From Clostridia bacterium (lineage in GTDB: Bacteria > Bacillota > Clostridia > Oscillospirales > CAG-272), in NCBI GenBank assembly GCA_017428635.1, contig JAFRQK010000046.1, positions 4,874 through 68,873 on the forward strand: 64,000 nt of DNA. The letters are read 5' to 3'. Below the pieces are notes generated by a model that was not told where the DNA came from, did not search any database, and worked only from the letters and a program-made list of their open reading frames with translations. Each line of letters begins with the position of its first letter. The first letter of the stretch is position 1. Of the stretch, positions 47,512 to 55,091 are shown in pieces. The position numbers and the translations under genes were made by a program.

Positions 47512-48444
47512 TTAATTGTTATTGTTTTTTATGTTGTGCTCTTCAATGTATTTCAAAAGTTTTGGTTCAGTCATTACTTCGTCATATTGAGACAAGTGCA
47601 TTTGCATACCTTTAATATCGGAAACTGCATCTTTTACAAAGGTCTCGAAGTCTGTATTTGTTTCTACTAATCTATCAACAGTATCCCAATCTATTTTCTC
47701 TCTTTCTCTAGCAGAAAACAATATCTCGCTCTGCTCAATATTTTCAGCATTCAACTTAATGAACCCAATGCCAAATGCATTATTTAATCTAAGCATTTCT
47801 TCGTATAGTTCAGTATCATCCTCATATGATAAAGCAACGAGGTATCCTTCATTTGCCCAGCTTGAATTAGATACAGCCTGAAAGAAATATTCACGTAGAT
47901 TTGAAAAGCAAATTGTTTTTTTTAATTCAAACGAAAACAATTTGAATTTGCTGTCATTTAACGCTTCCAGTAAATTCGTCGTCTGTTGCGAATAGTCATT
48001 GAATGGAAAGTAAACTCCAACCATATCTGGATGAAGCCACTCGTTCTCCCCGCGTTTCTTCTTCTTAGATTTTTCGTGGAAAATCGTTTTCGTTACACAG
48101 TTAAAATGACCATCTGCATAAACAAAACTCGCTAACAAAGGGTGAAGGTCTCTTTCCTTAAAACTTAATTCATCATTGGTTACTTCCGATGTCTTTTTAG
48201 GAACAATGCTTAGATCTTTAATGTAAAAAGTTGCAGGCCTTTTACTGTATTGATATAACCTTGATTGAGGATTATCTCGTATATCAAGATAAACTCTGGC
48301 CGCAATAGTTTTTACTGGAGTTTTTCCAATTGATGATAGTTTATCCCTAAACCCGTATTCTCCAGCTTTCTTCCATATTTCTTCAATGGAAAGCGGAGAT
48401 TGATGCTTTTCGAGTGTCAAATATACTAAATCAAGAAAAGTCAT
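47512..48444 (-). CDS. HARE-HTH domain protein with C-terminal PD-(D/E)xK-like nuclease domain
   Basis: The N-terminus LSIEEIWKKAGEYG...GKTPVKTIAARVYLDIRDNP...FYIK looks HARE-HTH-like. The C-terminus has ERDLHP...WLHPDMVGV...FSFELK...QAVSNSSWA (D...ExK...Q). I use the ATG at 48444; the track ORF starts at GTG 48450. Confidence 0.6.
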   Translation of the reverse strand: MTFLDLVYLTLEKHQSPLSIEEIWKKAGEYGFRDKLSSIGKTPVKTIAARVYLDIRDNPQSRLYQYSKRPATFYIKDLSIVPKKTSEVTNDELSFKERDLHPLLASFVYADGHFNCVTKTIFHEKSKKKKRGENEWLHPDMVGVYFPFNDYSQQTTNLLEALNDSKFKLFSFELKKTICFSNLREYFFQAVSNSSWANEGYLVALSYEDDTELYEEMLRLNNAFGIGFIKLNAENIEQSEILFSAREREKIDWDTVDRLVETNTDFETFVKDAVSDIKGMQMHLSQYDEVMTEPKLLKYIEEHNIKNNNN

Positions 48445-48454
48445 TTCCACACCC

Positions 48455-48931
48455 CTAAATCTTAGGTATCATTGTCGATGCTTCGGGAGCATTTTTAGTG
48501 ATGCTCCAAACAGCAACCTTCATCTTTTTGATACGCTTTCCGTCGCCGAAATCAAGCAAGTCTTCTCTTTTATAAACATTGAGTATTTTGTTCAAGGTTC
48601 CAAGATCCGCTGAGGTCATTAAAAAAGCTTCTTCCGGATCTATCAATTTGCAATACGCCCATAACTGACCCAGATCTCTAAGCGTTAAACTTGTAATTTT
48701 AGCCTCGATGAAAAAGAGCTTAAATCCTTTAGCATTCCTGACAATACCAAGCACATCTATTTGGATATCAATTCCAGTAGCAACGTCGTGGACAATACCA
48801 TATCTGCGTAAGACTCTGTCGAGCCTTTCGCTATGCGCATCCACAACAATCACTTCGTCATTTTTATATTTGTCTTTTAAGTACGTTTCCAACCATTGAC
48901 ACATAGGTGGATATAAGTCAAATTCTTTCAT
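48455..48931 (-). CDS. Small PD-(D/E)xK-type nuclease-fold protein
   Basis: 158 aa containing GIDIQIDVLGIV...KLFFIEAKI (D-x-n-E-x-K), the restriction-endonuclease-like core pattern. Confidence 0.5.
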   Translation of the reverse strand: MKEFDLYPPMCQWLETYLKDKYKNDEVIVVDAHSERLDRVLRRYGIVHDVATGIDIQIDVLGIVRNAKGFKLFFIEAKITSLTLRDLGQLWAYCKLIDPEEAFLMTSADLGTLNKILNVYKREDLLDFGDGKRIKKMKVAVWSITKNAPEASTMIPKI

Positions 48932-48936
48932 TTAAT

Positions 48937-49824
48937 TTACTCTCCATACCCAAGCGCTGCCGCAATATCTTTCCAGGAATTATAGTGGTTTCCCTTGATT
49001 TCAACAGGCAGAAAATCGTCATTTTCTCCAGGATGTATCGGTTTAACTTTTGTTTTTCCCGCACCTTCCCAATAATACTTATGTGTTACATCCTCGACTC
49101 TTTTTCCTTCATCGGCAAGGCCGTTTTTCAATTCATTAGAAAACTGATCTAATGCTTCTCGTTTATGGATTACACCAAACCCGACCGGAACAAATTCATT
49201 AGCCCATATTTTGATCTGGTGCTCTTTTTTCCAAAAATCCGGCTTTCCTTCATTGTACTTTGATAAATTTCCATCGCGCATATTAGGATGTGCCCAATCT
49301 ATTGCTTGAACCGGAATGTCCACATCTTTCAGCAATTTGCAAACATCTACTACCAAATACCAATTATGCGGCACTTCAATGTACACTCTATGCATATATG
49401 GCTTAAAGAAATAGTTGCTTCTTCTAATGTAACCTGTAACATCAGCAAAACCTTGAAGGAAAGAAATCTTTTGATCTCTTGAGAATCGAAACACCTCGTT
49501 ATCAATCCTTATGTTTTCATGAGAAGCAGCATTTCCAACAAATCTAATTATTTCTCGCATTAAATAGTCATCATTTGGCTTAACAAACGAAATAATCGAA
49601 TAGTTATCCTGTTGCGTGAACGATAATCCCGTTCCAACAAGTGGCTCGATGATTGAACGTATATCAGTTATACTGGCTCGAACATAAATTCTGACATCGT
49701 TATTGTTTTCTGTAGCAAGTTTTTTGTGTGGAATTTCAATGGAAATTGTCGTCTCAAATTGTCCCCTTTTTATTTCGCCGTTTCCGCATATCATTCCAAG
49801 CAAATATGACATTTCTCTATTCAT
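48937..49824 (-). CDS. Hypothetical protein with two degenerate LAGLIDADG-like motifs
   Basis: 295 aa. SYLLGMICGNGEI (aa 6-18) and ISFLQGFADVTGYI (aa about 119-132) are spaced like a two-domain LAGLIDADG enzyme. The canonical acidic residues are replaced (N and T). Confidence 0.4.
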   Translation of the reverse strand: MNREMSYLLGMICGNGEIKRGQFETTISIEIPHKKLATENNNDVRIYVRASITDIRSIIEPLVGTGLSFTQQDNYSIISFVKPNDDYLMREIIRFVGNAASHENIRIDNEVFRFSRDQKISFLQGFADVTGYIRRSNYFFKPYMHRVYIEVPHNWYLVVDVCKLLKDVDIPVQAIDWAHPNMRDGNLSKYNEGKPDFWKKEHQIKIWANEFVPVGFGVIHKREALDQFSNELKNGLADEGKRVEDVTHKYYWEGAGKTKVKPIHPGENDDFLPVEIKGNHYNSWKDIAAALGYGE

Positions 49825-49841
49825 TAGCTATCTCCACTCTC

Positions 49842-50189
49842 TCAATTCAAACCGATTTTGTAACCAATTTTGAGTAATTCTGAAATCACCCCATTATCAT
49901 TTAAGCGATATTTATACTCGCTTCGATACACAGTATTGCGAGTAAACATCTTTAATAATGCAGTTGGTGGCGTTTCGGGAACATAAAGGCGTAATTCAAG
50001 TCCCCATTTATTAGCGTTGTTTTCAAGAAGTATGATTCCTTCACTTTGATCATCAATTCTTCCCCTATGAGTAGCGTTGTAATTAATAATAAAGTTGTTA
50101 ATTGCTCCCGGCTTTCCTTCGGCTTCAATAAAGAATGAATTACCTTTTGAAGAAATATCACGCAAAAAATCGATCAGTTTGTCTATCAT
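49842..50189 (-). CDS. Hypothetical protein (about 115 aa), weak paralogue of neighbouring ORFs
   Basis: I place the start at ATG 50189 behind AAAGGAG (MIDKLIDFLRDISSKGNSFFIE...). The LRLYV...RLNDNGVISELLKIGYKIG pattern resembles ORF 50203..50658. Confidence 0.55.
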   Translation of the reverse strand: MIDKLIDFLRDISSKGNSFFIEAEGKPGAINNFIINYNATHRGRIDDQSEGIILLENNANKWGLELRLYVPETPPTALLKMFTRNTVYRSEYKYRLNDNGVISELLKIGYKIGLN

Positions 50190-50202
50190 AAATAAAACTC
50201 CT

Positions 50203-50658
50203 TTACAAATTATAGCCTTTTTCAAATTCATCCATTAGATGTGGATGGTGTTTTCTTACTGCATCACGAATAGCAACAACATCCTGGTATTCTCCAAATG
50301 AAAAACCATAGTCACGAACCACTTTTTCAACAAATTTACCCTTATTTATGCGTTTAACATATGATCCTGTGCCCACTCCAAGAAAAGGAATAAGCACTTG
50401 TGGACAGTTTCGGATGTTATGGAAATATATACGCAATTGGCATCCTTGTTTCATAACATTCCCACCGGTTGTCTCGCCCTGTGTTATCGGGAAATATGGC
50501 GCATTGGGGAACTCTCTTTCAAAAATGAACCCCTTCTCTTCAGGGATTTGAGCTTCGATCAATCCTATACGACCCGGTGCCGCAAGGTATCCCAAGATTA
50601 AACATAGGTCTTTTTCAGGTACTGAAATATCTAAAGCACGATTGCTCAATAGTGACAT
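50203..50658 (-). CDS. Hypothetical protein (151 aa), weak paralogue of neighbouring ORFs
   Basis: LILGYLAAPGRIGLIE (LAGLIDADG-like helix). LRIYFHNIRNCPQVLIPFLGVGTGSY resembles VRIYVRASITDIRSIIEPLVGTGLSF of ORF 48937..49824. Confidence 0.55.
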   Translation of the reverse strand: MSLLSNRALDISVPEKDLCLILGYLAAPGRIGLIEAQIPEEKGFIFEREFPNAPYFPITQGETTGGNVMKQGCQLRIYFHNIRNCPQVLIPFLGVGTGSYVKRINKGKFVEKVVRDYGFSFGEYQDVVAIRDAVRKHHPHLMDEFEKGYNL

Positions 50659-50662
50659 GGAC

Positions 50663-51436
50663 TTACTCCTTTATGAATATCAAGAGATATTCGTGTATTT
50701 TATTGATTCTAAATTTATATGGATATCCTAACGGACGCATATTGTTATAATCTTGTTGTCTGTCCCAAATGATTAGGTCGTCATAGACAAAGCCTATGCT
50801 TTTAAGAGCAGACGCCAAATCACTATGCAATGGATAAAAAGAGCTCTTTTTTCTTATATCCATCACATTTACAATGCAGTAAGATCCTTTTTTCAGCACT
50901 CTATGAACAGATGAAAAAAGCGTCGTAAGCGATTGGATAAACTCATCGTAGTTTGGAATATTGCCAATATCGGTTTTTTTATCAGAATAATTTACAGAGT
51001 CTTTTTGATCGGCACTTCTTTTCATATTTAGAATATCCCAATACGGTGGCGAAGTGACGCAAATGTCAAAATAATCATTTGGAAGCGTTTTGAGAACAGA
51101 AAAACTGTCTCCGTTTATAATGCGAATTCCGTTAGTGTTGCCAATGCGATCCATGGCTACCTTACAAAAATCTTCTGATAAATCTATTCCAACCGCTTCA
51201 CGATTCTGCAATTTAGCAGCAACTGTCGTTGAACCAATACCATTGAATGGATCAAGCACCCGTCCGTCCGGTTTAGAAAAAGTACGAATGATCTTTTCAC
51301 ATAATTCTACAGGGTAAGAAGCCGGATGCTTCAATGCCTTTTCTTCTCTTGTTTTTGATATATCTCTCCAAATGCTAAATGAATTCTGGAGCCATTCTTT
51401 TCCAGAAAGGTCGTTACATTTTTTAGAGTTGTCCAT
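50663..51436 (-). CDS. DNA methyltransferase, N4-cytosine/N6-adenine type (PF01555-like)
   Basis: HPASYPVEL...VLDPFNGIGSTTVAA (AdoMet motif I) precedes TSPPYWD (catalytic motif IV). I use the ATG at 51436 behind AAGGTGG; the track ORF starts at TTG 51442. Confidence 0.85.
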   Translation of the reverse strand: MDNSKKCNDLSGKEWLQNSFSIWRDISKTREEKALKHPASYPVELCEKIIRTFSKPDGRVLDPFNGIGSTTVAAKLQNREAVGIDLSEDFCKVAMDRIGNTNGIRIINGDSFSVLKTLPNDYFDICVTSPPYWDILNMKRSADQKDSVNYSDKKTDIGNIPNYDEFIQSLTTLFSSVHRVLKKGSYCIVNVMDIRKKSSFYPLHSDLASALKSIGFVYDDLIIWDRQQDYNNMRPLGYPYKFRINKIHEYLLIFIKE

Positions 51437-52835
51437 CTGCAATCCACCTTTTTGATTGAATCCTTTTCATTTCAGAATCAATGAAATCCGATTCTTTTTT
51501 TGTAATATTATAAGCCGCATATACAATTTGATTTAATTGCTCTAAACTGTTAAACCAATCTTGGTTCATATAGTCATCAGATTCCAAACTGCCAACTAAC
51601 TTCAAGATTTGTTCAAAATACTGATCCTGAAGTTTTCTGCAGGGTAGAGGTATTTTCTTGAGGTATTTCGCATCGGTATGCATAGTCAACTTTGAGTAAT
51701 TGTAACAATACTTGTATAAGAACAAATTGCAAAGTCTGGAGTGTAGTATTCCGAGAATATAGTGACACATTTTCGGATCACCGTCAGTAAAAACCGTAAC
51801 GGTTTGTGAAGCTTCTAAATTCCCGCCGAACGCTGCTATTACACCAGCCTCAGCGCTATATATATTCTGTATAAATAACGTGTTTCCCTCTGTTGGCAAA
51901 TCGTGGTCTTTGTACCCGAATTTCCGAATGTCTTTGCCGGTAATTGCTTCTTTCGATGTTGACCTTCCGCGTCCAACGTATCCATTGCAAACATCATTCA
52001 ATGTTTTATATGAAGTTGATAACTTTTTGTAAATTGAAAAATCTTCAGAACAGTTAAAAATCAAAATTGTGTCATTATAAAAACTTTGTGGAATAGATGT
52101 CATCGTAACAAATCTATTACTTGAGTATTTTTTTATTTTGATTTTATGATTTTTATCAGCTTTAGCATTTTTAATGGTTAAAACAATCTGCTCACCGCGA
52201 ACATGCTTAAAATATGCTCCAAGATCAACAATTGAAACAATAGATTTTTCCTCAAGTAATTCACGCCTAAACAAACTATAAGAATGAACATGAAGAAAAT
52301 TCTTTGGGATAATATATGAAACCAATCCATTGGGCTTAACGAGGTCCAGCGCACGCATGAGAGCCGCAACAAAAAGATTGTTTCCGGAATCCGACACTCT
52401 ACGTCTAAACAAATAATCGGATTGTAATACGACTTCCGAAGTCAACGGGACATATGGCGGGTTTCCTATAATAATATCAGGATGAACGTCTAAACAAAGA
52501 TGCGAAAGAGTGACGGTTGCATCATTGCCAATTGAATCATCGGCCACAAAGAAAGCTCCGTGTATATTGTTGCGGCAAAAATCAATGGCGTTGTTGTCTT
52601 GATCAATTCCATAAACGTTTTCACACCCATGTTTAATTGCAGCATAAACAAATACGCCAGCGCCACAACATGGATCCAAGATCACAGATGATTTATCCGG
52701 ATTAAGTTCAAAAAGCATTTTTTCGGCAAGAGATAAGTCAGTATAATAAATGCCATTGTCCTTTTTAAAATCTGAATCAAGAGAGCTTTCATAAACATTC
52801 GAAGCATCAATATATGCATTCTGAGCAAGTGACAT
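51423..52835 (-). CDS. N6-adenine DNA methyltransferase, gamma class (Eco57I/TaqI-like) with C-terminal target-recognition domain
   Basis: GIYYTDLSLAEKM, ILDPCCGAGVFV (motif I) and IIGNPPYV (motif IV); 470 aa; AAGGAGGG SD. Confidence 0.9.
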   Translation of the reverse strand: MSLAQNAYIDASNVYESSLDSDFKKDNGIYYTDLSLAEKMLFELNPDKSSVILDPCCGAGVFVYAAIKHGCENVYGIDQDNNAIDFCRNNIHGAFFVADDSIGNDATVTLSHLCLDVHPDIIIGNPPYVPLTSEVVLQSDYLFRRRVSDSGNNLFVAALMRALDLVKPNGLVSYIIPKNFLHVHSYSLFRRELLEEKSIVSIVDLGAYFKHVRGEQIVLTIKNAKADKNHKIKIKKYSSNRFVTMTSIPQSFYNDTILIFNCSEDFSIYKKLSTSYKTLNDVCNGYVGRGRSTSKEAITGKDIRKFGYKDHDLPTEGNTLFIQNIYSAEAGVIAAFGGNLEASQTVTVFTDGDPKMCHYILGILHSRLCNLFLYKYCYNYSKLTMHTDAKYLKKIPLPCRKLQDQYFEQILKLVGSLESDDYMNQDWFNSLEQLNQIVYAAYNITKKESDFIDSEMKRIQSKRWIADGQL

Positions 52836-52852
52836 TGTAAGCCCTCCTTCAA

Positions 52853-53074
52853 TTAATTCTGGCTTTTTTCTGTAATGTCCATAATATCGCCGATATTACA
52901 TTCCAAAACACCACAAATCTTCATCATGACTTCCATAGATACCGGTTGATTTTTACTGAGTTTAGACAATGTAGTTGAACCAATTCCTGTAGCTTCTTTT
53001 AATTGCATTTTCTTCATGTTTTTGTCTATAAGCAATTTCCAAAGTTTGTTGTACGTAACAGCCAACAGTATCAC
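52853..53074 (-). CDS. XRE-family HTH protein (controller/C-protein-like)
   Basis: VTYNKLWKLLIDKNMKKMQLKEATGIGSTTLSKLSKNQPVSMEVMMKICGVLECNIGDIMD. It is the first gene of the operon. The true start may be the TTG at 53065, downstream of GAGGTG. Confidence 0.8.
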   Translation of the reverse strand: MILLAVTYNKLWKLLIDKNMKKMQLKEATGIGSTTLSKLSKNQPVSMEVMMKICGVLECNIGDIMDITEKSQN

Positions 53075-53094
53075 CTCATTTCAAATCTAATAGT

Positions 53095-53162
53095 ATTATA
53101 TCATATCTTCCGATAGAATGCAATATAAAATCGATAATAGAAAAGAAAATTTTCTATTATCG
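53095..53162 (-). promoter_or_regulatory. Operon promoter plus upstream 13-bp-arm palindrome (C-box-like operator)
   Basis: Minus strand reads TTGCAT-17 nt-TATAAT (53123..53095). CGATAATAGAAAA-5 nt-TTTTCTATTATCG (53132-53162) lies just upstream of the -35. Confidence 0.5.
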
Positions 53163-53241
53163 GCAATTATTTTTTCTTTACCTATGGGCAAATCGGCTGA
53201 AATATGATATACTTTTCTTCGCAGAAACAAAGACGCGGCGC

Positions 53242-53540
53242 TGTTTCAGCAAGCACTGGAAAATGTGTACATTTTCCGGCGGTGCTGTTTCGGCAAGCAT
53301 CGTGCTTTGACTCCACCGGAGCAAAACACCACGGCATTGCCTTCACAAGCAACGACTTTGGACTCCCACGTCCAAAGTCAGACTTGCTCGCAGCTCTGCA
53401 AGCATCGCGGAATGATATCATTCCGCACCCGCTTGCTTCGCCCGCCGCTTGTTAGGGAGGTCTCGGCTGCCGGCTCGGTCAGTGCTTCTGCCTACGGCAG
53501 AGGTCTCCACCGGAGACCCGCACCCCTAAAACCCCTGCGA
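53242..53540 (+). ncRNA. Structured repeat, copy R (candidate leader/ncRNA upstream of the recombinase)
   Basis: Homologous to the reverse complement of 47262-47498. A long-range helix pairs AAGCACTG (53251-58) with CAGTGCTT (53480-87), and several internal hairpins show covariation. Confidence 0.5.
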
Positions 53541-53575
53541 AACAATCTTGAGCAGAAGGAGGTGAGAAGAAGAAA

Positions 53576-55045
53576 ATGAAAGGCGTGATCTACGCAAGGT
53601 ATTCCAGCGACAATCAGCGTGAAGAGTCTATCGAAGGTCAGATCCGTGAATGTAAGGCTTTTGCCTACAAAAACGGAATCGACATTATTGAGATCTACAT
53701 CGACCGTGCGTTGTCAGCAAAAACGGATAACCGACCCGATTTTCAGCGGCTGATCAAGGAAAGCGGAAGCAAGAAGTTTGAAGTCTTGCTCGTATGGAAA
53801 CTCGACCGTTTCGCACTGAACAAGTTCGACTCGGCGCACTACAAACGGATCCTGAAAAACAACGGTGTTCGTGTTGTATCGGCAACCGAAGTGATATCGA
53901 CCGGTCCCGAAGGGATCTTGCTTGAATCAATGCTCGAGGGAATGGCGGAATACTATTCAGCCGATCTTTCGGAAAAGGTCATGCGCGGACAGACCGAAAA
54001 CGCACTGAAATGTATGTATAACGGCGGTACGCTCCCAATAGGGTACGTCATCGACAAGGAACAGCACTTTCAGATCGATCCGGTCGCGGCACCGCTGGTA
54101 TTGCAGGCGTTTACCGATTACTCAAACGGCAAGTCGATGCGTGAAGTAACGGACATGCTGAATCTTGCAGGAATCCGCACCAAGCGCGGCGGAAAGGTCA
54201 GCATCAACAGCGTGACGAGAATGCTGCATAACCGCAAGTACATTGGTGAGTATCAATACCGCGACATCGTTCATCCGCACGGAATCCCGGCGATCGTCCC
54301 GGAAGAACTGTTTGAACGCGTACAGGAACGATTGGCTAAAACAAAGAAAGCCCCTGCCAAGTTCAAGGCAGAAGACGAGTATCTGTTAACGACCAAACTG
54401 TTCTGCGGCAAATGCAACTGTTATATGGCGGGAGAATCCGGCACGAGCCACACGGGCATCGTTCATCGGTATTACAAATGCGTGAGCGTGAAGAACCATA
54501 AGGGCTGCGACAAAAAGTCTGTACAAAAAGAGTGGATCGAAAATCTCGTCATCGACCAGATCAAAAAGATCCTGTTCGACGATGAAATGATCGAAAAACT
54601 CGCGGATATGGGCATGGAACGTCAGCGCAAAGAAAACACGGTGCTTCCCATGCTGAAACGCCAGCTTGCCGAAACGGAAAAAGGCATCCGCAACTTCGTT
54701 GACGCGATCCAGCAAGGGATCATCACGGAATCGACGAAGGAGCGGCTTGAAGGGTTGGAAAGAACAAAGAAAGAGCTTTCTGCTCAAATCGCACGGGAAG
54801 AATTACTCCAACCGCCGGAATTCACACGGGATCAGTTCCTGTTCTGGTTCGAGCGGATGCGCAAGTACGACACCACGAAACTCGTTCACCGTCGCCGTCT
54901 GATCGACAGCTTTGTCAACGCGATATACCTTTACGACGACAGGATCACCCTCGTCTTCAATTTCAAAGACGGCACAAAAACGATAACTTTCGCCGAGCTT
55001 GAGGAATCAGGCTTGGGTTCGGATATAAATGCACTCGCTGCATAA
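53576..55045 (+). CDS. Large serine recombinase
   Basis: MKGVIYARYSSDNQ (catalytic Ser), resolvase domain, recombinase domain, zinc ribbon CGKCNCYM...YYKCVSVKNHKGC, and a coiled-coil C-terminus; 489 aa; AAGGAGGTG SD. Confidence 0.95.
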   Translation: MKGVIYARYSSDNQREESIEGQIRECKAFAYKNGIDIIEIYIDRALSAKTDNRPDFQRLIKESGSKKFEVLLVWKLDRFALNKFDSAHYKRILKNNGVRVVSATEVISTGPEGILLESMLEGMAEYYSADLSEKVMRGQTENALKCMYNGGTLPIGYVIDKEQHFQIDPVAAPLVLQAFTDYSNGKSMREVTDMLNLAGIRTKRGGKVSINSVTRMLHNRKYIGEYQYRDIVHPHGIPAIVPEELFERVQERLAKTKKAPAKFKAEDEYLLTTKLFCGKCNCYMAGESGTSHTGIVHRYYKCVSVKNHKGCDKKSVQKEWIENLVIDQIKKILFDDEMIEKLADMGMERQRKENTVLPMLKRQLAETEKGIRNFVDAIQQGIITESTKERLEGLERTKKELSAQIAREELLQPPEFTRDQFLFWFERMRKYDTTKLVHRRRLIDSFVNAIYLYDDRITLVFNFKDGTKTITFAELEESGLGSDINALAA

Positions 55046-55075
55046 AAACAGGGCTGTTTTACAGCCCTGTTTTTA
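55046..55075 (+). terminator. Intrinsic terminator after the recombinase
   Basis: ACAGGGCTGT-TTT-ACAGCCCTGT followed by TTTT. Confidence 0.7.
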
Positions 55076-55091
55076 TGCGGATCTTTAAGGA

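Noticed and set aside
50663-51436. Motif order I-before-IV in the PF01555-like methyltransferase as a novelty
   Set aside because: Permuted motif orders (alpha, beta, gamma classes) are well known among N4C/N6A methyltransferases. I note it in the feature evidence only.
53576-55045. Recombinase as a Hin/Gin-type invertase driving phase variation of the operon
   Set aside because: At 489 aa with a recombinase domain, zinc ribbon and coiled coil, it is a large serine recombinase of the integrase/transposase type. The flanking inverted repeats are long, diverged, structured elements rather than short hix-like sites. I keep it only as a low-priority alternative in the findings.
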